NCBI GenBank assembly: GCA_963755715.1 | Contig: CAVWLW010000043.1 | Span: 96,001-160,000 of the forward strand | Source of the DNA: an uncultured delta proteobacterium | Lineage (GTDB): Bacteria > Desulfobacterota > Binatia > UBA9968 | Direction: 5' to 3' | DNA length: 64,000 nucleotides | Shown: piece by piece, positions 42,669 through 52,737 of the stretch | Position numbering within the stretch: position 1 is the first letter of the stretch | Layout: each line of letters opens with the position of its first letter | The notes under the pieces: model-generated | What the model was told of the DNA's origin: nothing | The model's database searches: none | Seen by the model: only the letters and a program-made list of their open reading frames with translations | Program-made: the position numbers and the translations under genes

Positions 42669-42771
42669 ATTCAAATCGTTCAAGTCGTTCGAAATAGTTC
42701 AAATCGCCGGTTCGGAGAGGATACACGTGCATGGTTCCTAGACGACTTGAACGGCTTGAACTATTTGAACG
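42669..42771. repeat. Palindromic element of 9-mer tandem units (GTTCAARTC / TTGAAC)
   Basis: TTCAAATCGTTCAAGTCGTTCGAAATAGTTCAAATCG versus CGACTTGAACGGCTTGAACTATTTGAAC. Confidence 0.75.
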
Positions 42772-42774
42772 GGT

Positions 42775-43581
42775 CTAGCGCGTGCGCGTTTGTAACCGTT
42801 CCTGCAGCGCGTCGCCGACCAGATTGAGCGCGAGCACGGTGATCATGAGCGCGAGCCCGGGGTACGTGGTGAGATGAGGTGCGACCAGCAAGAATTGCCG
42901 GCCATCGTTCAGCATCGCGCCCCAAGACGGCGTCGGTGGTTCGACGCCGAGTCCGAGAAAGCTCAAGCTCCCTTCGGCCACAATCGCAGCGGCTAAACCA
43001 AAAGTGCTTTGAATCAAAAGCGGCGGCAGCAGATTCGGCAGCAAATGGCGCAAAATAATGCGCTTCGGACGGCAGCCGAGAGAGCGCGCCGCCTGAATGA
43101 AATCTCGTTCGCGCAGAGAAAGAATCTCGCCGCGCACGAGCCGGGCGTAGCCGGTCCAACCGATCAAACAAAGGGCGAGAATGACGTGATCGAGACCAGG
43201 ACCCAGGACGGCGGTAAACGCGATGGCGAGCAAGATGCCCGGAAACGCCATCAAAATATCGACCAGGCGCATGAGCATTTGATCGATCCAGCCGCCGAAG
43301 TAACCGGAAAGGGAGCCGATCACGACGCCGATGGCGAGCGAAAGGGCGACGGTCGTGATCCCGACCAGAAGTGAAATGCGTCCGCCATAGATTATTCGGC
43401 TCAATATATCGCGTCCCAGCTTGTCCGTGCCGAGCCAATGCTCGCGTGAACGTGCGATTAGATCCTGATCGAGGTTTTGGCCGAACGGATTATAGGGCGC
43501 GAGCGCGGGCGCGAAAAGTGCCGCGGCGGCAAGCAACAGGAGAATCGCCGCGCCGGCATAAAACCAACCTTTACTCGCCAT
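42775..43581 (-). CDS. Peptide ABC transporter permease (DppC/GsiD-like)
   Basis: HWLGTDKLGRD, LSFLGLG..PPTPSWG. Confidence 0.92.
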   Translation of the reverse strand: MASKGWFYAGAAILLLLAAAALFAPALAPYNPFGQNLDQDLIARSREHWLGTDKLGRDILSRIIYGGRISLLVGITTVALSLAIGVVIGSLSGYFGGWIDQMLMRLVDILMAFPGILLAIAFTAVLGPGLDHVILALCLIGWTGYARLVRGEILSLRERDFIQAARSLGCRPKRIILRHLLPNLLPPLLIQSTFGLAAAIVAEGSLSFLGLGVEPPTPSWGAMLNDGRQFLLVAPHLTTYPGLALMITVLALNLVGDALQERLQTRTR

Positions 43582-44494
43582 AGGTGACTCGTGGATCGAC
43601 GAGTTTGTAAACAAGGTCGGTGATGAAATTCACCAGAATATACGACACCGCGATCACCAGCACGCAGCCTTGCACGAGCGGATAGTCGCGGGTCTGGATC
43701 GCCTGTACGGTCAAGCGGCCGAGGCCGGGCCAGCTAAAAATGGTTTCGGTGATCAACGAGCCGGCGAGCACGCTGCCAAACTGCAGGCTCATGATCGTGA
43801 CGACGGAAGTGAGCGCGTTGCGCAGCGTGTGTTTTAACCAGACGCGCCGCTCGGGCAAACCTTTGGCGCGAGCGGTTTGAACGTAGTCCTCGGTCATCGC
43901 GCGCAGCAGGCTCGCGCGCAGGATGCGGATCAGGATCGCTGCCATGCCTAAGCCGAGCGTGAGCGCCGGCAAGAACAAATGGCTCAGACCGCCGCGGCCG
44001 GAAACCGGCGCCCAACCGAGCTGAATGGAAAAAATAATCATCAGCAACGGACCCAGCCAAAAATTCGGCAGCGACAAACCGAGCAGTGAAAACAGCAACG
44101 CCAGCCGATCGATCCAGCCGCCGCGCCGCACGGCCGCTAGGATGGCGAGGGGAAACGAAATCAAGACCGCGGCGATCATGGCGCACAAGGCAAGCTCCAA
44201 GGTCGCCGGCAAACGCGCGCCGATGATCGTGCCGACGCTCGTTCGTTCATAAAGCGAACGACCGAGATCGCCCGCGGCGAAATCGAGTAGAAAGGTCCGA
44301 TATTGCGTCAAGAGCGGCCGGTTGAGGCCCAAGCTTTCGCGCAGCTCTGCCTTATCCGCGGCGTTGGCGGTCTCGCCGAGCATGACCTCTACGGGATCGC
44401 CGGGAATCACATGAATCAGGAAAAATACCAGCGTGAGCACGCCGAAGAGCGTGGGCAGCAAAAGCATGAGGCGAGCGAGAATGTAACGCTTCAC
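43571..44494 (-). CDS. Peptide ABC transporter permease (DppB/GsiC-like)
   Basis: IPGDP, RLPATLEL, DYVQTARAKGL, ETIFSWPGLG, RDYPLVQG. Confidence 0.92.
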   Translation of the reverse strand: MKRYILARLMLLLPTLFGVLTLVFFLIHVIPGDPVEVMLGETANAADKAELRESLGLNRPLLTQYRTFLLDFAAGDLGRSLYERTSVGTIIGARLPATLELALCAMIAAVLISFPLAILAAVRRGGWIDRLALLFSLLGLSLPNFWLGPLLMIIFSIQLGWAPVSGRGGLSHLFLPALTLGLGMAAILIRILRASLLRAMTEDYVQTARAKGLPERRVWLKHTLRNALTSVVTIMSLQFGSVLAGSLITETIFSWPGLGRLTVQAIQTRDYPLVQGCVLVIAVSYILVNFITDLVYKLVDPRVTYGE

Positions 44495-44503
44495 GGTGTG
44501 GTG

Positions 44504-46075
44504 TCACTGCACGGCGATATGTTTGAGCGAGATCAAATCACCGTCGGGATAGGGCGTGAAATTTTTGATCGACGGTTTCTTCACGATCACGTTCTTCCAC
44601 CACCAGAGCGGCACATAAGGTAAATCGTCGGCGAGCAGACGCTGGATTTCGCCATAAATACGCTTTCGCTCGGCCGGCTCGATCGTCGCTCGACCGCGCT
44701 CGAGCAGGCGGTCGACCTCGGCATTGACATAGCGACCGCGATTGTCGCCGTTGGGCGGCACGCTCGAGCTGTGAAAAATCTGAAACAAGATATCCGGGTC
44801 CATCACGCCGACCCAAGCGAGCGAGTAAAGATGAAAGTTGCCTTTTTTTATGTCGCTGTAAAAAGTGCCCCATTCATAGCTACGGATTTCCAGTTCGATG
44901 CCCACCTGTTGCAACTGTTCCTTGATCGCCTCGGCGATGCGCCGGCGTAAATCGATGTTGGTGGTTTTGAACGAAAGACGAAAACGTGGCAGAGGGCCGG
45001 CGCCGTCGGGATCAGGAAAGCCGGCTTCATCGAGCAGTTGCTTGGCTCGGTTTGGGTCGTAGGGCCAGCGCGGAGCGTGGTCGTCGTAAGCCCAATTGAG
45101 CGGCGAGAGAACGCCGCTGGCAACGGTTCCCGTGTCTTTCAGCAGATGTCGAACCAGACTCTCTCGATCGATGGCATAGGCAAGCGCGCGCCGGACTTTG
45201 ACGTTTTTTAGGATCGGATGGGTGAGATTGATGCCGATGTACTGAAAGGTCGTGCCGGCGTAAGCGGCGACGTCTGCGGCACTATTATTTTTAAGCCAGG
45301 GAAGCATGTCGGGCTCGAGATCGTTCTGCATGAAGTCGATGTTGCCTTTTTCAAATTCGAGCACGCGCACCAAGGCGTCGGGCACGATTTTGAAAACCAC
45401 GCCGGGCAAAGGCGGCCTTTCGTCCCAATAATACGGATTGCGTTGGAGCGTGACCTTTTCGCCCGGCTCCACTGCCTGCAATCGGAACGGTCCGGAACCG
45501 GCGGGCGATTGATAATTGGTGGCACCTTCGGCGACCGAGTCCGCCGGTACGATTCCCTGCGTGAACTGCTCCACGAACGGCGCATGCGGCGCAGCAAGGT
45601 GAAATCGCAACTGATAAGCGCCGCTCTGTTCGATTGCCCGCAACGGTTTTAGCAGACCGCGTTTGGGCGAGCGATTCTTCAGATCGAGCATGGACTCGTA
45701 GGTGAATTTCACGTCGGCGGCGGTGAGCGGCCGTCCGTCGGAAAACTTTACGTCATGGCGCAAGTCGAAAACATAAGTGGTGGCGTCGATCATGCGCCAG
45801 CCCGCGGCGAGCTCGGGTTGTAAGCGCGTGTGTTGATCGGCGCGCAAGAGCGAATTGTAAATTAAGTTGCCGATGCGCACGGCGTTGGCGTCGGTGGCGT
45901 AGCGGGGATCGAGCTGAAGAGGATAACTTTCGATGCCGACGACTAAATAATCCGGCGGGCGAGCGCTCGAAGGCGACCGGCACGCGGCAAAAATCAGCAC
46001 AAGCAGAGCGGGGAAAAAATAAACAAGACGGCGGCAGGGCAAGCAAATTCTCGCCAAACAATTTTGACTGACCAT
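44504..46075 (-). CDS. Peptide ABC substrate-binding lipoprotein (family 5)
   Basis: Lipobox FAAC; LRHDVKFSDGRPLTAADVKFT, GSGPF, VRRALAYAIDRE; true start near 46075, not 46849. Confidence 0.9.
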   Translation of the reverse strand: MVSQNCLARICLPCRRLVYFFPALLVLIFAACRSPSSARPPDYLVVGIESYPLQLDPRYATDANAVRIGNLIYNSLLRADQHTRLQPELAAGWRMIDATTYVFDLRHDVKFSDGRPLTAADVKFTYESMLDLKNRSPKRGLLKPLRAIEQSGAYQLRFHLAAPHAPFVEQFTQGIVPADSVAEGATNYQSPAGSGPFRLQAVEPGEKVTLQRNPYYWDERPPLPGVVFKIVPDALVRVLEFEKGNIDFMQNDLEPDMLPWLKNNSAADVAAYAGTTFQYIGINLTHPILKNVKVRRALAYAIDRESLVRHLLKDTGTVASGVLSPLNWAYDDHAPRWPYDPNRAKQLLDEAGFPDPDGAGPLPRFRLSFKTTNIDLRRRIAEAIKEQLQQVGIELEIRSYEWGTFYSDIKKGNFHLYSLAWVGVMDPDILFQIFHSSSVPPNGDNRGRYVNAEVDRLLERGRATIEPAERKRIYGEIQRLLADDLPYVPLWWWKNVIVKKPSIKNFTPYPDGDLISLKHIAVQ

Positions 46076-46117
46076 AACCTGTTTGGTAGTATCGGTCAAT
46101 TTCCTGTTATCGAGGCT

Positions 46118-47362
46118 ATGTTGAAATATTTTATTCGCAGATGTTTGCCGTTGCTTGCAGTGCTGGCGCTGATTTTGGCTCGACCGGTGCGAGTCGTCGC
46201 TCAAGATATACCCTTCCCCGTGCTTGCCGGTCTCGAGGGCGCCGTCGAATTTTGGAAGCAAATTTTTAGCCGTTATAGCTTCGCCGAAGTGGTCTTTTTC
46301 GACCCTATGGATCCGGCGACGATTTACAGCACGTTGCGCGTGCCCGACAATGAGCTCGGCCGCGCATTGGTCGAGAAGGAGCGAGCGCGAATCGTCGCCG
46401 ACTACGACCTGATCGACGACGAAACGCGCATCCGAACGCAGCGCGGCGCCAAGGAGCATTTCGCCGAAGGTCTCAAGGTCGCCGGGCGTTATATGCAGCA
46501 AATGCAAAAAATATTTCGCGCCGAGGGACTGCCAGTGAACCTGGCCTATCTGCCTTTGGTCGAATCGTCTTTCAACGTCCGGGCGCGCTCGATTGTGGGT
46601 GCCGTCGGCATGTGGCAGTTCATGCCGGAAACCGGCAAGAAATTCATGCGCATCGATGAGAAGGTAGACGAGCGGCGTGATCCGTTCGCCTCGACGCGGG
46701 CGGCGGCGCGCCTCTTGAAAGAAAACTATCGCCTGCTCAGCAATTGGCCGCTGGCCATTACCGCCTACAATCATGGCACCGACGGGATTTTTCGCGCCAT
46801 CAAAACCGTTGAATCTGACAATCTCGTGGACTTGATTCGGAGCTATCAATCGCCGACTTTTGGTTTTGCGTCAAAGAATTTCTACGCGGAATTTCTCGCC
46901 GTGGTCGAGATCGCAACCAACAGCGATGTGTATTTTCCGTTTCTGCGCGCGCACCGCCCGGTCACGCTGCGCGAAGTGGCCTTGAGGCGCCAAGCGCCGC
47001 TCCAGGCCACGCTGAAACCGGCGGCCATCTCACAGAGTGATTTTTTTGAATGGAATCCGGCCCTCGATCCCAACGCCAAATTCATTCCCGTCGGTTACCA
47101 GATCAAACTGCCGCCGGATAAAGTCGATGACTTTCTCGCCGCAGAACGGCGGGTCGCGATGGCGGCGAGCAAAAAAGCGCCGACGACCGCGCGGTCGAAC
47201 AAGGGGAACGTAAAAAGCGTCGCTCGTCCGGCGCCGCAACCGTCCGCGCGCAAAGTCGCCGTGCCGGCAGCCCGCGCTCCGGCTGAACCGCGCAGAACGA
47301 GCGGCTCGATCAAGAGAGCCGACGTCAAAACCGCGGCTTCGCTCAAAATGGCCGCTCAATGA
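46118..47362 (+). CDS. Lytic transglycosylase (MltD-like SLT) with low-complexity basic tail
   Basis: LPLVESSFN (catalytic E), AVGMWQFM, ITAYNHG; signal peptide. Confidence 0.88.
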   Translation: MLKYFIRRCLPLLAVLALILARPVRVVAQDIPFPVLAGLEGAVEFWKQIFSRYSFAEVVFFDPMDPATIYSTLRVPDNELGRALVEKERARIVADYDLIDDETRIRTQRGAKEHFAEGLKVAGRYMQQMQKIFRAEGLPVNLAYLPLVESSFNVRARSIVGAVGMWQFMPETGKKFMRIDEKVDERRDPFASTRAAARLLKENYRLLSNWPLAITAYNHGTDGIFRAIKTVESDNLVDLIRSYQSPTFGFASKNFYAEFLAVVEIATNSDVYFPFLRAHRPVTLREVALRRQAPLQATLKPAAISQSDFFEWNPALDPNAKFIPVGYQIKLPPDKVDDFLAAERRVAMAASKKAPTTARSNKGNVKSVARPAPQPSARKVAVPAARAPAEPRRTSGSIKRADVKTAASLKMAAQ

Positions 47363-47500
47363 GCGTGGCCCCCGCGACGATGCTTTAGCTTGAAGCTCAA
47401 CATTAGTTTTCATCGATCAAATCATCTTATTCCCGCGCGCTTGCACCGATCTTGCCAACCTTGAAGGCGGCTCCGCTTAGCATATAATGATCGGTACCGT

Positions 47501-48319
47501 ATGGATGCGTTGCTGATTAAGCTGACCGCCCTCGTTTATCTGATCGTGACGGTGAGTTACTTTTTCCATTTATTTCGCGGCGCGAGCGCTACCCGGTCGC
47601 CAACAGTCCTGCTGCTCGGCGGCTTCGTCATCCATTCCATCGCCCTCACGAGTTTATTTTTTCGCGAAGGCTTTGCCACCGTCGCTGTCATGGGCGACGC
47701 CTTGCTGTTCAATAGCTGGCTGTTGGTGGGCATTTATTTGCTGATCCAGCTCAAGTATCCGCTCGCGGTGCTGGGCGGCATCGTCGCGCCGCTGGCGTTT
47801 TTGATGACGTTCGCCGCCTTCGCGGTAGGCGGGGGCGCCGGCGAGATTCCGCCGGGTTTGCAAACTTTTTGGCTGCCGCTGCACGTGACCCTGGCCTTTC
47901 TCGGCAACGCCATATTTGCTCTGGCGTTTGGCGTGAGCGTTATCTATCTCCTTCAAGAACGTCACCTTAAGCATAAAAAGCTAACTATTCTGATGAAGCG
48001 CTTTCCATCCTTGGAATCGTTGGATGGGCTCAACTACCGGCTGTTGATGTGGGGCTTCCCGTTGATGACTCTCGGCATCCTCACCGGCAGTTTGTGGGCA
48101 GGCATTCATTGGGGCGACTATTGGTCGTGGGATCCGCGGCAAATTTCTTCCGGACTTGCCTGGTTATTATATGGAGCGCTGCTGCACGGGCGCATCACCG
48201 CGGGTTTAAGAGGCAAGAAGGCCGCACTGCTGACGATGGTCGGCTTCTGTGTGGTTCTCGGCTACTTTCTCTGGGGCGACTCGATTTTTCCCAGCCGGCA
48301 CGGGGGGCGGTTCGAATAG
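47501..48319 (+). CDS. ccsA: Cytochrome c biogenesis protein CcsA
   Basis: WLPLH, GSLWA..HWGDYWSWDPRQ (WWD motif); precedes hemA. Confidence 0.88.
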   Translation: MDALLIKLTALVYLIVTVSYFFHLFRGASATRSPTVLLLGGFVIHSIALTSLFFREGFATVAVMGDALLFNSWLLVGIYLLIQLKYPLAVLGGIVAPLAFLMTFAAFAVGGGAGEIPPGLQTFWLPLHVTLAFLGNAIFALAFGVSVIYLLQERHLKHKKLTILMKRFPSLESLDGLNYRLLMWGFPLMTLGILTGSLWAGIHWGDYWSWDPRQISSGLAWLLYGALLHGRITAGLRGKKAALLTMVGFCVVLGYFLWGDSIFPSRHGGRFE

Positions 48320-48322
48320 ATC

Positions 48323-49609
48323 GTGCAGAAACAAATCGTCATTGTCGGATTGAACCATCGCAGCGCGCCGATCGAAGTGCGCGAGAGCGTGGCTTTCGAG
48401 AATGTCTACGTCAGGGAGGCGCTGGTGCACTTGCACGATTATCCTTCCATAGACGAAGGCGTGATCGTGTCGACCTGCAACCGGGTGGAGGTGATCGCGG
48501 CGGCCGGCGACGCCCGATCGGCATTCGACGATATCAATGGCTTCCTGGCGCAGCAAAAGGCCCAGCGTCACGCGGAACCGTTGGACGATCATGTTTACAT
48601 CTATGAGGGCTCCGAGGCGGTGCGGCATCTTTTCCGTGTCGCTGCCAGCCTCGACTCGATGGTCATCGGCGAGCCGCAAATTCTCGGGCAATTGAAGCAA
48701 TACTACGACGCCGCGCAACAAGCGGGAACGGTCGGCGCGATTTTGCATCGGCTGTTCCATCGGTCCTTTGCTGTGGCGAAACGGGTGCGCAGCGAAACCG
48801 GTATCGGCAGCGGCGCGGTGTCGGTGAGCTCGATTGCCGTGGACCTGGCGAAGCGCATTTTCGACCGCTTCGATGACAAGACCGTCATGCTGATCGGCGC
48901 GGGCAAGATCGGCGATCTTATGGCGCGCCATCTGCAGAGTCACGGCGTAAAAAATTTGATGGTGACCAATCGCACTTTCGAGCGCGCCGTTTCGTTGGCG
49001 GAGAAGATTCACGGCAACCCGATTCGTTTTGAGGACTTCCCGCGTTATCTCAAGATGGCCGACCTCGTCATCGGCTGCGCCGGCGCGCCGGAAATACTGA
49101 TCGAGGCGGCGACGGTGGAAAAAATTCTGCGCGAACGGAAACAAAAGGCGATGTTCTTCATCGACATCGGCGACCGGCGCAACTTCGACGCGAAGATTAA
49201 TAAACTCGACAACGTTTATCTTTACAACATCGACGATCTTAAGAGCGTCGCCGAGGAAAATCTCCAGGAACGCGCCAGCGAAGCCGAGAAGGCCGAAGGC
49301 ATCGTCCTCGAAGAGGTGCAGAGCTTTGTCCGTTGGCTGGGCTCGCTGGAGCAAGTGCCGACGATCACGGCGCTGCGGCAGCGTTTCGAAGAGATCCGCC
49401 GGCGCGAGATGGAAAAATCCCTGGGCGGAAGCCTGAAAGATCTGTCCGCGGAGCAGCGCGCGGCCGTGCAGGACATGACGACGGCGATGATCAATAAGAT
49501 GCTGCACGGGCCGATCTCGCAATTGCGAAAGAGCTCGCCCGAGGAGTTGGAAGACCCAACGCTTTACGTCGCCGCTTTGAAGAAGCTTTTCGATCTGGAG
49601 GACAAATGA
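48323..49609 (+). CDS. hemA: Glutamyl-tRNA reductase
   Basis: GLNHRSAP, STCNRVE, SLDSMVIGEPQILGQ, IGAGKIG. Confidence 0.96.
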   Translation: MQKQIVIVGLNHRSAPIEVRESVAFENVYVREALVHLHDYPSIDEGVIVSTCNRVEVIAAAGDARSAFDDINGFLAQQKAQRHAEPLDDHVYIYEGSEAVRHLFRVAASLDSMVIGEPQILGQLKQYYDAAQQAGTVGAILHRLFHRSFAVAKRVRSETGIGSGAVSVSSIAVDLAKRIFDRFDDKTVMLIGAGKIGDLMARHLQSHGVKNLMVTNRTFERAVSLAEKIHGNPIRFEDFPRYLKMADLVIGCAGAPEILIEAATVEKILRERKQKAMFFIDIGDRRNFDAKINKLDNVYLYNIDDLKSVAEENLQERASEAEKAEGIVLEEVQSFVRWLGSLEQVPTITALRQRFEEIRRREMEKSLGGSLKDLSAEQRAAVQDMTTAMINKMLHGPISQLRKSSPEELEDPTLYVAALKKLFDLEDK

Positions 49610-50517
49610 GCGGGTTGCGCATCGGCACCCGTGGCAGCGCCTTGGCCTTGGCTCAGGCGTCGTGGGTCAAACGGCAAATCGAAGAGCATGACCCGTCATT
49701 GGCAGTCGAGCTCCGCGTGATCAAAACCAGCGGCGATCGGTTTCTCGAAACGCCGATCCAAAATATTGGCGGCAAGGGGGTTTTTACCAAGGAGATCGAA
49801 GAGGCGTTGCTGCGCCAAGAAATTGATTTGGCGGTTCATTCGCTAAAGGATCTGCCGACGTGCTTGCCGTCGGGATTGGCGCTCGCCGCCGTTCCAGCAC
49901 GCGAAGAGGCGCGCGACGTGTTGGTTACGCGCGACGGCAGCTCGCTCGCCAAGCTGGCAGCGGGCGCAAAAGTGGGCACGGGCAGCCTGCGCCGGCGCGC
50001 CCAACTGTTGCACTACCGGGCAGATCTGAGTGTGCTCGCGCTGCGCGGCAATATCGACACGCGGCTTAAGAAACTTGATGCGGGCGAATTCGACGCGCTG
50101 GTGATGGCCGCGGCGGGGCTTCGAAGAATCGGCCGGGCGGATCGCAGCGGTGAATATTTGGCCGACGAGATCTGTGTCAGCGCGGTCGCTCAAGGCGCCC
50201 TCGGCCTCGAAGCGCGCAGTGACGGCAACGTGCGCGAGCGACTCGCTTTTCTTAACGATCCGGCGACTTGCGCCGAGATCGCGGCCGAGCGCGCTTTGCT
50301 CGATCGTCTGAGCGGGGGCTGTCATGTGCCGATCGGCGCTCGCGCTCGAGTCGTCGGCGATCAAATCTCGATGGTCGGCGTCGTCGCAAGTCCGGATGGC
50401 GAAAAGCTTTGCCGCGGTGAAACTTTTGGGTCCGTAAAGGAAGCCGCCGAGTTGGGCAAGCGTCTAGCGGAGCAGCTTTTGGAACGAGGCGCGGGCGAAC
50501 TGCTCGCGAGTATTTAA
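49606..50517 (+). CDS. hemC: Porphobilinogen deaminase
   Basis: IGTRGSALA, AVHSLKD, GTGSLRR, GGCHVP. Confidence 0.96.
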   Translation: MSGLRIGTRGSALALAQASWVKRQIEEHDPSLAVELRVIKTSGDRFLETPIQNIGGKGVFTKEIEEALLRQEIDLAVHSLKDLPTCLPSGLALAAVPAREEARDVLVTRDGSSLAKLAAGAKVGTGSLRRRAQLLHYRADLSVLALRGNIDTRLKKLDAGEFDALVMAAAGLRRIGRADRSGEYLADEICVSAVAQGALGLEARSDGNVRERLAFLNDPATCAEIAAERALLDRLSGGCHVPIGARARVVGDQISMVGVVASPDGEKLCRGETFGSVKEAAELGKRLAEQLLERGAGELLASI

Positions 50518-51375
50518 GTGGCGACCGAAGCTAACAGACAGCGCGAAGAGTCGCCACAGAAACCGCTGATCGGTAAACGGATCGTGGTGACGCGGGCGCG
50601 CGCCCAGGCAGAAAGCTTGGCCCGTCGCATCGAAGAACTGGGCGGCGAAGTCATAGAGTTTCCGACGATCGAAATTCAACCGCCGGAGAGCTTTGCCGCT
50701 TTCGATGCCGCGATAGAAAAAATCGCAAGCCACGACTGGCTGATCTTTACCAGCGTCAATAGCATCGAACCGTTTCTGTCGCGGCTGCAACGGAAAGGAA
50801 AGACAGTCGCGTCGTTAACCGCGCTTAAGATCGGCGCCATCGGTCCCGAGACGGCGAAGCGACTGGAAGAATCGGGCTTGCATCCGTCTCTCGTGCCGGC
50901 GCGGTACCAAGCCGAAGGGATTCTCGATGCGGTCGCGCCCGAAACGATACGCGGAAAGCGCGTGTTGATCCCGCGCGCCGCCGAAGCGCGGGAGATTTTG
51001 CCGGATACCTTGCGTCGATGGGGCGCGTTCGTCGACGTTGTCGTCGCGTACCGTACGCGGCTCCCCGCCATTGACGTGGCGCCGCTGGCCGAGCGGCTTG
51101 ACCGGAACGAGATTCACGTCATTACGTTCACGAGCTCGAGCACCGTGAGAAATTTTGTCCGGCTCTTCGGCGATAAAAATCTCGACGCGATCGTCGCGGA
51201 CAGCGCGATTGCGTGCATTGGGCCGATCACGGCGCGCACCGTGGAAGAATCGGGCGGTCATCCGGATATCGTCGCGGAGGAATTTACGATCCCCGGTATG
51301 GTGCAGGCGGTCGTTGCATACTTTGCATCAAGACCCGAAGCAGCGGGCAGGTTTTCCGGCCAGCGGGCAAACTAA
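50518..51375 (+). CDS. hemD: Uroporphyrinogen-III synthase
   Basis: [28 protein letters not shown]. Confidence 0.93.
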   Translation: MATEANRQREESPQKPLIGKRIVVTRARAQAESLARRIEELGGEVIEFPTIEIQPPESFAAFDAAIEKIASHDWLIFTSVNSIEPFLSRLQRKGKTVASLTALKIGAIGPETAKRLEESGLHPSLVPARYQAEGILDAVAPETIRGKRVLIPRAAEAREILPDTLRRWGAFVDVVVAYRTRLPAIDVAPLAERLDRNEIHVITFTSSSTVRNFVRLFGDKNLDAIVADSAIACIGPITARTVEESGGHPDIVAEEFTIPGMVQAVVAYFASRPEAAGRFSGQRAN

Positions 51376-51389
51376 GCTTGGAGCGTGCC

Positions 51390-52376
51390 ATGAACTTTCC
51401 AATTTACCGGCCGAGGCGGCTGCGGCGTAACGAAAGGCTGCGCGAGCTGATTCGCGAAACATCGCTTGAGCCGCGGAACTTCATCTATCCGTTGTTCGTC
51501 GGTCCGGGACGTGACAAAGCCCAGCCGATTTCCTCCATGCCCGGCATTGCGCAGCTATCGGTGGATCGAGTTGTCGGCGAATGCGCCGAAGTCCGATCGC
51601 TCGGCATTCCCGCCGTGATTCTCTTCGGCATCCCGGAGGGGAAAGACGCTCTCGGCAGCGAGGCTTATGCCGAGCGCGGTGTCGTGCAGCAGGCGATTGA
51701 AACCATTAAAGAAAAATTTCCCGATCTGTTGGTGATCACCGATGTTTGTTTATGTGAATACACGGATCATGGCCACTGCGGCGTGATCAAAAACGGCGAC
51801 GTAGACAACGATGCCACGCTCGAATTATTGGCGCGAGAGGCGCTGTCGCACGCTCAGGCGGGCGCTGATATCGTCGCGCCGTCCGACATGATGGACGGCC
51901 GCGTTGGCGCGATCCGCAAAGCGCTCGATGAAAACGGCTTCGCGCAGACGCCGATCATGGCGTACGCGGCAAAATACGCTTCCGGTTTCTATGGTCCGTT
52001 TCGTGAGGCCGCCGAATCCACGCCGCAGTTCGGCGATCGGCGCTCGTATCAGATGGACCCGGCGAATGCCGAGGAGGCGATGCGCGAGGTCGAGCTCGAC
52101 ATCCGCGAAGGCGCCGACATCGTCATGGTCAAACCGGCGCTGGCGTATCTCGATGTGATCTATCGGGTCAAACAGAAGTTCGGTTATCCGCTCGCCGCCT
52201 ACAACGTGAGCGGCGAATATTCGATGATCAAGGCCGCGGGGCAAAACGGTTGGATCGACGAGTCTCGGATCATGATGGAAGTGCTTTTCGCGATTCGCCG
52301 CGCCGGCGCGGACATGATTCTGACTTACTTCGCCAAGGACGCGGCAAGATTGCTCCAGAAAAAAAATCCCTCCTAA
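51390..52376 (+). CDS. hemB: Porphobilinogen synthase
   Basis: [33 protein letters not shown]. Confidence 0.96.
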   Translation: MNFPIYRPRRLRRNERLRELIRETSLEPRNFIYPLFVGPGRDKAQPISSMPGIAQLSVDRVVGECAEVRSLGIPAVILFGIPEGKDALGSEAYAERGVVQQAIETIKEKFPDLLVITDVCLCEYTDHGHCGVIKNGDVDNDATLELLAREALSHAQAGADIVAPSDMMDGRVGAIRKALDENGFAQTPIMAYAAKYASGFYGPFREAAESTPQFGDRRSYQMDPANAEEAMREVELDIREGADIVMVKPALAYLDVIYRVKQKFGYPLAAYNVSGEYSMIKAAGQNGWIDESRIMMEVLFAIRRAGADMILTYFAKDAARLLQKKNPS

Positions 52377-52400
52377 CCTCCCTTTGTCAAAGGGAGGAAT
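52364..52400. repeat. REP-like hairpin overlapping the hemB stop
   Basis: ATCCCTCCTAA followed by CCTCCCTTT-GTC-AAAGGGAGG. Confidence 0.55.
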
Positions 52401-52449
52401 ATCGGCCGGCACATCTACGAAATATTCAGGCAACGTCTCAGCGAGCGCG

Positions 52450-52716
52450 CTAAATCAAGTTCCACAAATCTTTGATTTTCCGGTTGAGAGTTCTTTCGCA
52501 CTCGGCTTCGCGGCCGTCGGTATGAACTTGCGACTGGGAAAAGCGAAAAATGAGAACCCGCGGTCGCTTTGACGAGCCGGACGATGAAAGTGTTTGAGTC
52601 GGCATCGAATTCGGTGGTCACAGTCGACGGCGGGGTCAGCTGCGTTTGGCGATCGCATTGGCCCAGGCTTCAATTTCAGGCGCGCGGCCTCGTCGCCTCG
52701 TCTGTGTGCTCAACAT
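52450..52716 (-). CDS. Small hypothetical protein (~85 aa) broken by several indels
   Basis: Joined frames read MLST...EIEAWANAIAK...TTEFDADSNTFIVRLVK...RVLIFRFSQSQVH...ECERTLNRKIKDLWNLI*. Confidence 0.4.
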
Positions 52717-52737
52717 AACCAGAGCGAGACGACCGAA

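Noticed and set aside
40848-42771. Short repeats as a CRISPR array
   Set aside because: Units are 7-9 bp, directly tandem and inverted, with no 25-40 bp repeats, unique spacers or cas genes
46076-46849. Apparent 781-aa SBP with a long novel N-terminal domain
   Set aside because: The extension is the antisense shadow of the lytic transglycosylase gene; the lipoprotein signal starts near 46075
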